Assembly: GCA_963774265.1 (NCBI GenBank) | Contig: CAVZDU010000009.1 | Coordinates: 32,001 to 96,000, forward strand | DNA: 64,000 nucleotides | Direction of reading: 5' to 3' | Source: an uncultured Chloroflexia bacterium | GTDB lineage: Bacteria; Chloroflexota; Anaerolineae; CG2-30-64-16 | Shown: one piece after another, positions 11,382 to 21,812 of the stretch | How positions within the stretch are numbered: the stretch's first letter is position 1 | Layout of the letters: each line of letters begins with the position of its first letter | Program-made: the position numbers and the translations under genes | The notes under the pieces: generated by a model | What the model saw: only the letters and a program-made list of their open reading frames with translations | Told to the model about the DNA's origin: nothing | Database searches by the model: none

Positions 11382-13127
11382 CTAACACCCCGGCGGCGGC
11401 GTCACGCTGGCCGGGCAGGCCCCCGTCCCCACCGGGTACGGCACGCTCATGCCGGCATCGTAGGACAGGATGATCAACGCGTCCGTGGAGTTGACAGACC
11501 CGTCTGCGTTCGCATCTCCGCAGTTCATCGGACAGAAGGCTGAGGTGTCCATGTCCGCATCGGCCGACAGGACGATCAGCGCATCGGTCGAGTTCGCAGC
11601 ACCATCGCCATTCACATCCCCCAGGGCCGGCGCACTGGCATTGGGTTCGATCGTGTACGAGTGAGAAACCCCCGTGGTATTGGATCTCACATATTCGACC
11701 GTCGCAAAGTTCGGGGCAACCTCAACGCGCAGATGGCCTGCGTTGGGCAGGACTTGGAGCGCATACGTCCCATTAGTCCCGGTGTAATAGCTACTGAACC
11801 CGGAACCGCTCATGCTGGGCGAGGGGAGTTCCTGGTAGACCACGCCGTCCCGCACTTCGTAGGCGTACACGTGATCGTGGCCGTGAAAAAAGGCGCTGAC
11901 GCCGTTGGCCACCATCAGTTGGTGAATCGGAACCCCTCCCCATCCGGGCCGTTCTGTATCGAACCCCCAGGTCGTGCCGTTGATGCTGTAGCCGCCCCAC
12001 TCGAACATGTGCGCCGGCGCAGCGCCGCCCCGGACGTAGTCTTCCGCGCCCCCCAGCCCATGATGGGCAAAGACGAACTTGAACCTGGCGTCACTGTTCT
12101 CCAAAGTCTGCTTGAACCAGTTGAACTGCGCCTGGCCCAGGGTCCAGTCCCACCGGTCACCGTAGACGGTTTCATCGCTCAGCTCTCCACCCGCAGTTCC
12201 GGCAAAGGGCTTGATCAGCGTGTACTGGTAGGGATCGATGAAGACAAAGAGCGCATCGCCCCACTCCCAGGCAAAATAGTCCTCACGCAGATGGTCGCCG
12301 CTGATCCCGGTGAGAGAGGCATCGGGATTTCCGGAGTAGAAGCTGTCCGGGATCGGATTGGGATAGTACCGCTTGCGGGCATTGATGCTCAGCAGGGCGA
12401 TGCTGTTGGTGTCATCCAGGTTCCAGCCCTCTTCGTTCTCGTGGTTTCCGGCAGCCAGGAAGATGGCCGCCGAATGACTGACTCCGCTCATCCACTGGCG
12501 CTGGGCCAGGTAGCGCTGGTTGGCTGCCGAGGAAGTCGTCACTCCGTCCGTCCAGGCGGTGTCGCCCAGGTCGAAATGGAAATCGGGCTGATCGGCGCTC
12601 ACGTTGGCCAGGGCCTGCTGATACAAACTGACAGTCCCTCCACCGCCGCTCATGTGCGCGTCCGAAGCGATCGTGAAGGTGAAGGTGCTGCCGCGCGCCC
12701 TCTGCGTGTGAAACGAATGCTGCGGCCGCGCGACCCAGCTATCTCCGGCTGTGCGGTATTGCATCCGGTAGAAGTACCTGGTATCCGGAGCAAGGTTGCT
12801 GAGGGTCACGTTGGCGGGCTCACCGGCGGGGGCCGTCGTGGAGCTGGTCTGCTCCGTATAGATCTCCGACGATGTGCCATATTCGTAGTACAGCTCGATT
12901 TCCGCGTCCGGCACCACATTGATCGTGACCGAGGTGTCGGTCGGCCGGCTGAGCAGCTCCTCGCCCGTGAAGGTGATCTCCGCGGCAGCCTTGATGCCGG
13001 TTGCCGATCCTCCAACCAACGATAGGAGGATGAGCAGGAAACTGAAGCGCCTCACAGCCCTGGCGGCTTGACCACGTGAGGAACAATAGCCCCGACTATT
13101 GCCGGGCAAGAACGGATAAACTGACAT
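11382..13127 (-). CDS. Secreted metallophosphoesterase with FN3-like N-domain and C-terminal dockerin (enzyme A)
   Basis: Signal peptide; motifs SDAH, DLGDT, GNHE, FAHH, FHGHDH; duplicated dockerin GDVNGDGAANSTDALIVL / GDANADGSVNSTDALIIL at about 11445-11624. Confidence 0.88.
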   Translation of the reverse strand: MSVYPFLPGNSRGYCSSRGQAARAVRRFSFLLILLSLVGGSATGIKAAAEITFTGEELLSRPTDTSVTINVVPDAEIELYYEYGTSSEIYTEQTSSTTAPAGEPANVTLSNLAPDTRYFYRMQYRTAGDSWVARPQHSFHTQRARGSTFTFTIASDAHMSGGGGTVSLYQQALANVSADQPDFHFDLGDTAWTDGVTTSSAANQRYLAQRQWMSGVSHSAAIFLAAGNHENEEGWNLDDTNSIALLSINARKRYYPNPIPDSFYSGNPDASLTGISGDHLREDYFAWEWGDALFVFIDPYQYTLIKPFAGTAGGELSDETVYGDRWDWTLGQAQFNWFKQTLENSDARFKFVFAHHGLGGAEDYVRGGAAPAHMFEWGGYSINGTTWGFDTERPGWGGVPIHQLMVANGVSAFFHGHDHVYAYEVRDGVVYQELPSPSMSGSGFSSYYTGTNGTYALQVLPNAGHLRVEVAPNFATVEYVRSNTTGVSHSYTIEPNASAPALGDVNGDGAANSTDALIVLSADADMDTSAFCPMNCGDANADGSVNSTDALIILSYDAGMSVPYPVGTGACPASVTPPPGC

Positions 13128-13193
13128 CGTGCCCTCCTGAGGATTACTTCATTGGATGGTCAGGCTTGCCGCAAGCATCGCTTCGCAACAGTA

Positions 13194-13233
13194 GATGGTC
13201 AGGGTGCGGCGGACCGGACACACCCTGACCATC
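13194..13233. terminator. Intergenic stem-loop between enzymes B and A
   Basis: GATGGTCAGGGTG ... CACCCTGACCATC, 13-bp perfect stem; no clear U-tract. Confidence 0.55.
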
Positions 13234-13279
13234 CGTGGCCATGACAAACGCCGAAGGACTCGCAATGGCATCGATTTTG

Positions 13280-16009
13280 TTATTTCAGCTCTTGGGCACG
13301 ATCACTGCGTGCCCACCAAGTGAGGAGACTCCCCGCTACCGAGCATCCCGGCGGCTGCTCCGTCAAGCTGGCCGGACACGCACCGGTCCCCACCGGGAAC
13401 GGCACGCTCATGAGTGCGTCGTAGGACAGGATGATCAAAGCATCCGTGGAATTGACCAGCCCGTCCGCGTTCGCATCCCCGCAGTTCATCGGACAGAACG
13501 CCGCGGTGTCCATGTCCGCATCCGCGGACAGCACGATCAACGCATCCGTCGAGTTCGCCAGCACATCCCCATTCACATCCCCCAGCACTCCCCCCGCACT
13601 CACCACCACCTGCCCGTCCGTGATCATTAACTGCGGCAGCAGGTTGGCGAAGGTCGTGGCCGCCGCCATCACCGTGTACCCCAGGTCCAGCCCGCTCGTC
13701 CCCGCAGCGATGGCGTTGAAGGTGACCTGGAAGACCACGGTGTTGCCGGTCGCGCCGGTAGCGTTGGCCCCATTGAACGAGAGCGAGCCGCTGCCGGTCT
13801 GCCCGGTGTTCACCGCACCCGTGAAGCCCCCCAGCAGGTCGGAGTGGCTGGCATATTGCAGCACCGCCGGGTCCCACGCCAGCGACCCCGTGAAGCTCCC
13901 CAGCTTGTCATTGGGCGCCACAGCCCCCGTCATGTCGATGTTGACGCTCACCACCACCTGCCCGCCCGCGGCCACCGTCCCCGCGGACGGCGTCGCCGCC
14001 GACGTGATGGCGCCAACCTCCACAAAGTTGGCGGTCACGGTCTTATCGGCATTCATTGTGACCGAGCAGCTGGTGCCGCTGCTGCTGTTGCAGCCGCTCC
14101 AGGAACTGAACGCGTAGCCGGTCAGCGGAGTCGCCGTCACGGGGACCACCGTCCCGTAGGCATAGGTGTGCACGCCCACCGCCGGATTGGTCGTCCCCGC
14201 GCCGCTCGGGTTCACCGCAATGGTCAGATCGTGGGTGACCGTGGCAAAGTGTGCGGTGACGCTCCGGTCCTCGTCCATCGTCACCAAGCAGGCGCCGCTG
14301 CCGGTGCAGTCGCCGCTCCAGTGGTCAAACGTGTGCCCGGGGTTCGCCGTCGCCGTCACGCTGACGCTCTGGCCCTGGGGATATGTATGGGTCCCCGCCG
14401 ACGGGCTAATCGTGCCACCCCCGGCCGGGTCGACCGCGGTCGTCAGCACCTGCGTCGGGCCGCTGATGTACGGATCAATCGTGTACGACAGCGAAAAGTT
14501 GGATGGAGTGCACGATCCCGTTGTGGACCTGACATATTCGACGGTCGCCAGATCCGACGCGATCGTGATCTTCAGGTGGCCCGAGTTGGGGCAAATGGCA
14601 ATCGTCTCATAGTCCGTGTAGGTACCCACGGTGTAGATGCCGCCGAATACGCCGCCGCCCATGCTGGGCGAGGGGACTTCCTGGTAGACGATGCCGTCCC
14701 GCTTCTCATAGACGTACCCGTGATCGTGCCCGTGGAAGTAGCCGCTGACGTGGTTGTCCAGCATCAACTGGTGGATCGGCACCGGAAAGTCCTCTGCAGT
14801 GCGGTTGTCCGCAAAGCCCTCGGTGCCGTCAAAGTTCTTTCCCCCCCACTCGAAATACCCGGCTGCCTCGGCGCCGCCGCGCACGTACCCTGCTCCACCG
14901 CTGACACTATTATCCGGAATCCCGCCTACCATCTGATGGGAGAACATGAACTTGTACCTGGCAGTGCTGTTCTCCAGAGTCTGCTTCAGCCAGGCGTACT
15001 GCTCGGCGCCCAGCGTCCAGAGCCACTGGTCGGCAACGACCGTTTCGTCGCTCTCTTCGTTGGCGATGGCGGTATAGGGCATGGTCATGGTGTACTGGAA
15101 CGGGTCGATGACCACGAACAGCGCATCGCCCCATTCCCAGGCGTAATAGTCCTCGCGGTACTCGTCACCGTAAGTCGCTTCGTCAATCGCAGCCAAGGGA
15201 TCCGTGTTCGCCGAGTAGAACCCGTCGTTGATCGGAGTGGGGTAGAACGCCTTGCGCGCCTGGATGCTGAGCAAGGCACGGCTGGGAGTATCATCCAGGT
15301 TCCAGCCCTCTTCTTCCTCGTGATTGCCCGACGACAGAAAGATCGGAACCGAATGGCCGATGCGGTCAAAGTACGTTGGCTCGCGGAAATTCAGATACCT
15401 GGTATTGACCGCACTCTGGGTCTCTGACGACGCGTTGTCCACCATGAAGGTGTCGCCCAGGTCGACAGCAAAGTCAGGCAGTTCACCGAGGATGTTGTTC
15501 ATCGTCGTTGACCCGGCGTTGCCATGCGCGTCGGAGGTGACGGTGAAGACAAACGGGCTGCCCGCAGCGCGCTGCGTCCAGAACGAGTGCTCCGTCCGCA
15601 CCACCCAGTCGTCCATGGCCTCTCCAGGAGCATGGTAGCGCAGGCGGTAAAAGTACTGGGTGTTGGCCGTCAGCCCGCTCATGGTGATCTCGTGCGGCTG
15701 GCCGCCGGTGGCCGTGACGTTGGGCGTCTGCAAAGTATAAGAAGGTGCTGACGCAGGCCGGTACTGGTAGTGATACTCGATCGTCGACACGGGAACGATG
15801 TTGATCGTCACCGCCGCGTCGGTCGGCTTGCCGAGGAGCTCCTCCGCGGTGAAGGTGATCGTCGTGGCGGCCTGCACAGAGAGGATGGATCCCCCCACCG
15901 ACGACAAGACCAGAATCAGGAGAATGAGGACTCTCCCAAGCGTCGTCGGCCGAATACCAGAAACGCTCTTGTTCCGGATCATGTTGAAAAATAGCTTCTT
16001 TGCGGACAC
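13280..16009 (-). CDS. Secreted metallophosphoesterase + 2 InlB-B-like repeats + cohesin + dockerin (enzyme B)
   Basis: GTG start after GGAGG; SDAH/DLGDT/GNHE/FHGHDH; cohesin-like VVVSVNID..LGSFTGSLAWDPAVLQY..LSFNGAN..VFQVTFNA..ITDGQVVV at about 13600-14010; dockerin at about 13405-13585. Confidence 0.88.
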   Translation of the reverse strand: MSAKKLFFNMIRNKSVSGIRPTTLGRVLILLILVLSSVGGSILSVQAATTITFTAEELLGKPTDAAVTINIVPVSTIEYHYQYRPASAPSYTLQTPNVTATGGQPHEITMSGLTANTQYFYRLRYHAPGEAMDDWVVRTEHSFWTQRAAGSPFVFTVTSDAHGNAGSTTMNNILGELPDFAVDLGDTFMVDNASSETQSAVNTRYLNFREPTYFDRIGHSVPIFLSSGNHEEEEGWNLDDTPSRALLSIQARKAFYPTPINDGFYSANTDPLAAIDEATYGDEYREDYYAWEWGDALFVVIDPFQYTMTMPYTAIANEESDETVVADQWLWTLGAEQYAWLKQTLENSTARYKFMFSHQMVGGIPDNSVSGGAGYVRGGAEAAGYFEWGGKNFDGTEGFADNRTAEDFPVPIHQLMLDNHVSGYFHGHDHGYVYEKRDGIVYQEVPSPSMGGGVFGGIYTVGTYTDYETIAICPNSGHLKITIASDLATVEYVRSTTGSCTPSNFSLSYTIDPYISGPTQVLTTAVDPAGGGTISPSAGTHTYPQGQSVSVTATANPGHTFDHWSGDCTGSGACLVTMDEDRSVTAHFATVTHDLTIAVNPSGAGTTNPAVGVHTYAYGTVVPVTATPLTGYAFSSWSGCNSSSGTSCSVTMNADKTVTANFVEVGAITSAATPSAGTVAAGGQVVVSVNIDMTGAVAPNDKLGSFTGSLAWDPAVLQYASHSDLLGGFTGAVNTGQTGSGSLSFNGANATGATGNTVVFQVTFNAIAAGTSGLDLGYTVMAAATTFANLLPQLMITDGQVVVSAGGVLGDVNGDVLANSTDALIVLSADADMDTAAFCPMNCGDANADGLVNSTDALIILSYDALMSVPFPVGTGACPASLTEQPPGCSVAGSLLTWWARSDRAQELK

Positions 16010-16109
16010 GGTGTCCTCCACTGGTAAGATGATGTCGCCTCTCCCGGGTTGGGTCCAGCGATCGACGAAGCAGCAGGTTCACAGGATGGCTCTGCGCCCA
16101 CCCCCGGCG

Positions 16110-16658
16110 CTATATGTTCCTGACGATCATCGGGAGATAGATCGTCGTACCCACGACAACCTGCCCATCCCTGACCGTGAGAACTGGCAGCAGGCTCGCA
16201 AACGTCGTCGCGGCAGCCATGGTCGAGTAGCCCAGATTGAGGGGGCTGGTTCCGGCTCCCACCACGTCGAAGGTGATGGCGAGAACGGTGATATTGCCGG
16301 TGACCCCGGTTGCATTTGCCCCATTGAAGACAAGATGTCCGGGCGAGGGATTGACCACACCGGTGAAACCGGCCAGGATCCCCGAATGGCTGCTGTACTT
16401 GAGTACGGCAGTATTCCAATCCAGGGTGCCGGTGAACGATCCCAGTTTGTTATCGGGTGTATTGACGCCGGAGACGTCGATGTTGATGCTGACCACAATC
16501 TGTTGGCCGACGCTCGGCGCAGCATTTGAAGCCGCAGCCGTTGATGTCGCAACGCCGCTGACCGCGAAAGCCGGAGCACCTCCGCTCATCACGCCAGCGA
16601 GCACCAGAACGACAGCCGTCAGCAGGCGCCAACAAAGCGGGATACATGAAGATGCCAT
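16110..16658 (-). CDS. Single-cohesin secreted protein with C-terminal YLP tail (putative anchoring scaffoldin, C)
   Basis: Signal peptide ending PAFA; cohesin-like IVVSINID..LGSFTGTLDWNTAVLKY..ITFDVVG..DGQVVV; ends TIYLPMIVRNI. Confidence 0.8.
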   Translation of the reverse strand: MASSCIPLCWRLLTAVVLVLAGVMSGGAPAFAVSGVATSTAAASNAAPSVGQQIVVSINIDVSGVNTPDNKLGSFTGTLDWNTAVLKYSSHSGILAGFTGVVNPSPGHLVFNGANATGVTGNITVLAITFDVVGAGTSPLNLGYSTMAAATTFASLLPVLTVRDGQVVVGTTIYLPMIVRNI

Positions 16659-16748
16659 TCGTTAAGCTTCTCTCTTCTCAGAAGACTTGAGGATGCTTCC
16701 AGCACAGGGAAGCTTACGTCTTCCGTGTCGATCCGCGGCAATCAGCAA

Positions 16749-16785
16749 GGTTGGGGGGCCCAGAACAGTTCTGAGCCCCCCAACC
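16749..16785. terminator. Intergenic stem-loop immediately downstream of the scaffoldin gene
   Basis: GGTTGGGGGGC-c-CAGAAC ... GTTCTG-a-GCCCCCCAACC, a long GC-rich stem. Confidence 0.6.
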
Positions 16786-16791
16786 CCGACG

Positions 16792-19700
16792 CTACTGATT
16801 CTTGCTGATTAACGGTAAGTACAGGTAGTACGTCCGTACACTGAAATGGGCGGTGACGGTCTTGTTTGCGTCCATGGTGACCGAACAAGAACCGGCGCCG
16901 GTGCAGGCCCCACTCCAGGAGTCGAACTTGTACCCGGCCGCGGGGGTCGCCGTGACCGCGACGACGGCGCCTGACGTATAGGTGTGGACGCCCACCGCAG
17001 GATTCGTGGTGCCACTTCCTAGCGGGTCGACGGCGATGGTCAGGCTAAAGATCTGGACGTAGTTGACCGTGGCAGTGCGAGCGGCGGCAGGCATGGTGAC
17101 CGTGTTGGTGGTCGCCGTGCTGGCGTTGTTGTCCGTGCCGCTCCAGCTGCCCACAGTCCAGCCTGCGCCCGGCGTAGCGGTAAGGCTGACCACCGTGCCT
17201 GCCAGGTACTGCCCAGGAGCGCAGCCGGTCGAGTTGGCCGGGCTGGGTGCCGGGTCAGTGCCAGTGCCGGTGTGGGTCAGCGTCAGCGCGTAGCAGGTCG
17301 GCGGGATTTCGATGTAGTTGACTGTGACAGTCCGCACCGCTGCCGGCATGGTGACTTGGTTGGTAGTCGCCGCGCTGCCGTCGTTGTCGGTGCCGATCCA
17401 GCTACCCACGGTCCAGCCCGAGCCAGGCGTGGCGGTGAGGGTGATGACCGCGGCGGCCACGTACTGCCCGGAAGTGCAGCCGGTCGAGTTGGCCGGGCTA
17501 GCCACCGGGTCGGTGCCGTTGCCCGTGTGGATCCTGGTCAGCGCATAGCAGGTCGGCTGGATTTCGGTGTAGGTGACGCTCGCGGCGTGCGCCGCAGCCG
17601 GCATGGTCACCTGGTTAGTGGTCGAGGTGCTGGCATCGTCGTCGGTGCCGGTCCAGCTGCCCACCTTCCAGCCTGAGCCGGGTGCGGCCGTGAGGCTGAT
17701 GACCGCGCCCGCCACGTACTGCCCGGCAGAGCAGCCGGTCGAGTTCGTCGGGCTGGCTGCCGGATCGCTGCCCGTGCCCGTGTGGGTTAGCGTCAGCGCA
17801 TAGCAGACGGGCGGGATTTCGACGTAATTAACCGTGACCGTCTGCGGCCAATCGGGCATTACGACCGTGTTGGTGGTGGACGTGCTGGTATCGTCGTTGG
17901 TGCCAAGCCAGCTGCCCACGGTCCAGCCTGAGTCAGGGGCAGCGGTGAGCGTGATGACCTCGTCCGCCACATAGAGTCCAACGGCGCAGCCGGTCGAGCG
18001 GATCGGGCTGGCCACCGGGTTGGAGCCGGCGCCCGTGTGCGTCCTCACCAACCAATTGCACGCCGGTTGGATTTCAGTATAGGCGACGCTCGCGGCGTGT
18101 GCCGCAGCCGGCATGGTCACCTGGTTGGTGGTCGAGGTGCTGGCATCGTTGTCGGTGCCGGTCCAGCTGCCCACGGTCCAGCCGGAGGCAGGCGCGGCCG
18201 TGAGGCTGATCACCGCGCCCGCCGCGTACTGCCCAGCCGCACAGCCGGTCGAGTTCGCCGGGCTGGCTGTCGGGTCGGACCCGGTGCCCGTGTGGGTCAG
18301 CGTCAGCGCGTAGCAGGTCGCGGTCCACTGCCGCGTACAGCGTGATGTCTGCCGCAAACGAATAGGTCGCCCCGTTCGTATACGCCGTGCCCCCGCCGCC
18401 GGACGCCGTGTTCCAGCCGCCGAACGTGTAGCCCGCGCGTGAACGTGTTGAGCTTCAGCGCCGTCGGCACGCTGGCCGTCTGCGCCGTCATCGTGCCCGT
18501 CCCACCGTTGGCGTTGAACGTCACCGTGTGGTTGGCCGCGGTCGCAGTGACCGAATCGTCGGTCACCGTCACGCCCGGCAGCATGTTACAGATGCTTACC
18601 GCTGCCGCCATGGCCGTGTAGTTCAGGTCCAGCGCACTCGTCCCCGCTGCCACCACATTGAACGTGATGGCAGTGACGGTCACGTCCCCCGAACCACTCG
18701 CATTCGCCCCGTTGAACGTGATGCTCCCCGTCCCCGCATTGGCCGTGTTGACGTTGCCCGTGAAGCCGCTCGGCAGATTCGTGTTGCTCACGTACGTCAG
18801 CACCGCCGGGTTCCACGCCAGCGAGCCCGTGAAGCTCCCCAGCAAGACACCGGTCGGCACATCGATGGCGATCGTCGCCACGATCTGCTGGCCCACCCCC
18901 GGCGTGTCGTTCGATGCACTCACCGACGACGCCGCTCCACCGCAGGACGTGGATGCCCACTGCGCGTACAACGTGATGTCCGCCGCAAACGAGTAGACCT
19001 GGCCGTCGGTGTAGGCCGTCCCCGAACCGTTGGACGCCGTGTTCCACCCGCTGAACGTGTACCCCGTCCGCGTGCAACGTGTTTGCCTTCAGCGCCGTCG
19101 GCACCGCGGCGACCTGCGCCGTCATCGTGCCCGTCCCACCGTTCGCATTGAACGTCACCGTGTGGCTGACCCCTGTCGCAGTGACCGAATCGTCGGTCAC
19201 CGTCACGCCCGGCAGCATGTTACAGATGCTTACCGCTGCCGCCATGGCCGTGTAGTTCAGGTCCAGCGCACTCGTCCCCGCTGCCACCACATTGAACGTG
19301 ATGGCAGTGACGGTCACGTCCCCCGAACCACTCGCATTCGCCCCGTTGAACGTGATGCTCCCCGTCCCCGCATTGGCCGTGTTGATGACGCCCGTGAAGC
19401 CGCTCGGCAGAGTCGTGTTGCTCACGTACGTCAGCACCGCCGGGTTCCAGGTCAGCGAGCCCGTGAAGCTCCCCAGCAAGACACCGGTCGGCACATCGAT
19501 GGCGATCGTCGCCACGATCTGCTGGCCCACCGCCGGCGCGTCGTTCGATGCACTCACCGACGACGCCGCTCCACCGCAGGTCGCTTCGGCAAAGTTCGCC
19601 GTGACGCTCTTCGCCGCATCCATCGTCACCGCGCACGTCCCCGTCCCGCTGCACCCCGCACCGCTCCAGCCCGTAAACGTCGACCCCGCCGAAGCTGCGG

Positions 19701-21763
19701 CCGTCAGCGTCACCGACTGGTTGTAGTTGTAGGCCTCCGAGCAGTCTGCTCCGCAGCTGATGCCGGCCGGCGCACTCGTCACCGTCCCGCTCCCTGTGCC
19801 GGTCTTACTCACCGTCAGCGTGTACGTGTTCAGCGTGAAGTTCGCCGTGACGCTCTTCGCCGCATCCATCGTCACCGCGCACGTCCCCGTCCCGCTGCAC
19901 CCCGCACCGCTCCAGCCCGTAAACGTCGACCCCGCCGAAGCTGCGGCCGTCAGCGTCACCGACGAGCCGGCGTTGAAGCTCGCCGAGCACGTCGAGCCAC
20001 AGTTGATCCCCGCCGGTGCACTCGTCACCGTCCCGCTGCCCGTGCCGGTCTTGCTCACCGTCAGCGTGTACGTCGGCGCATTCACCGTCACCGAACTATC
20101 GTAGATCGTCAGAATGGGCAGCAGGCTCGGGAAGGGAGAGCCAGCCGCCGCCATGGCCGAGTAGTCCAGATCCAAGGCGCTAGTCCCTACTGCCGCCGCG
20201 GTGAAAGTCACCACCAGCACGGTCACGTCGCCGGTTGCACCGTCGGGATTGCTCCCGTTGAACGTGATGGTCCCGCTCCCGGCATTGGTGATATTCACGA
20301 TACCGGAAAAGCCCGCCGGCGGGGCGCCGGAGTAGCTTACGTACGTCAGGACAGCAGGATCCCGAATCTAGCGTGCCGCTGTAACTGCCCAGCTCGGCGC
20401 CGGAGGCGTTGGTCATGTCGATGTCAATGGTGACCACAACCTGTTGGCCGACCGTCCGTACACTGAAGTCAGGCGATGCCGACGACACCACGCTGTTGCT
20501 CGATGCGGCAAAGTTCGCCGTGACGCTCTTCGCCGCATCCATCGTCACCGCGCACGTCCCCGTCCCGCTGCACCCCGCACCGCTCCAGCCCGTAAACGTC
20601 GACCCCGCCGAAGCCGCGGCCGTCAGCGTCACCGACTGGTTGTAGTTGTAGGCCTCCGAGCAGTCTGCTCCGCAGCTGATGCCGGCCGGCGCACTCGTCA
20701 CCGTCCCGCTCCCTGTGCCGGTCTTGCTCACCGTCAGTGTGTAGGTGTTCAGCGTGAAGTTCGCCGTGACGCTCTTCGCCGCATCCATCGTCACCGTGCA
20801 CGTCCCCGTCCCGCTGCACCCCGCACCGCTCCAGCCCGTAAACGTCGACCCCGCCGAAGCTGCGGCCGTCAGCGTCACCGACTGGTTGTAGTTGTAGGCC
20901 TCCGAGCAGTCTGCTCCGCAGCTGATGCCGGCCGGCGCACTCGTCACCGTCCCGCTCCCTGTGCCGGTCTTACTCACCGTCAGCGTGTACGTGTTCAGCG
21001 TGAAGTTCGCCGTGACGCTCTTCGCCGCATCCATCGTCACCGCGCACGTCCCCGTCCCGCTGCACCCCGCACCGCTCCAGCCCGTAAACGTCGACCCCGC
21101 CGAAGCTGCGGCCGTCAGCGTCACCGACGAGCCGGCGTTGAAGCTCGCCGAGCACGTCGAGCCACAGTTGATCCCCGCCGGTGCACTCGTCACCGTCCCG
21201 CTGCCCGTGCCGGTCTTGCTCACCGTCAGGGTGTACGTCGACGCGGCCACAGTGACTGAACCATCCGTGACCGTAGTGATGTTGGCCATCAAGCTCTGCA
21301 GGTTAATCGCGGTAGCCATAGCGGAAAAGTTCAGGTCGAGGGTACTTGTCCCCGTTCCTATCACCAGGAAGGTAACGCGGTAGACCTCCACCACATCCTG
21401 CATGCCATCGACGTTGGTCCCGTTGATGGTCAGCAGCCCATTGTCAACCTGGCTGGTATTGGTAGACCCGCTGAAACCATTCTGGTATTGGCGGCTTTGA
21501 TAATCCAGGATGGCTGCGTCCCACTGCAACGTGGAGCTAAAACTCCCCAACAGGTCGTCGGGATACTGCATGTTGGTGACATCAATCGTGACGCTTACGG
21601 TGATCGTGTCACCGTTGTTCGGCGCCGCGTTCGAAGGCGTTGCCGCCGCGGTCACACTGCCCGTTGCAGCAAATGCCGGCACAGCTCCCAGCATCGCGGC
21701 GTTGAACGCCAGGGCGATCACCAGCAACAGACGCCAGTAAAACAAAGTGTGTTTGGTTTTCAT
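16792..21763 (-). CDS. Four-cohesin scaffoldin-like surface protein with InlB-B-type spacer repeats and YLP tail (D; about 1650 aa, split by apparent indels)
   Basis: ATG 21763 with RBS and signal peptide MKTKHTLFYWRLLLVIALAFNAAMLGAVPAFA. Cohesins at about 21250-21665, 20085-20495, 19175-19575 and 18541-18945. ORFs 20180..21865, 18586..20298, 18303..18971 and 16792..18357 continue mid-domain across frame changes. Ends YYLYLPLISKNQ. Confidence 0.8.
17055..18318 (-). repeat. Five 255-bp (85-aa) coding repeats in the scaffoldin stalk
   Basis: CYALTLTHTGTGSDPxASPxNSTGCxxGQY... recurs with a 255-bp period (about 17281, 17536, 17791, 18046, 18301). Confidence 0.85.
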
Positions 21764-21812
21764 GCTCTCAGCCTCTCCATTGTCTGAATTGTTCCAGCCT
21801 TGCGCCCTTCGC

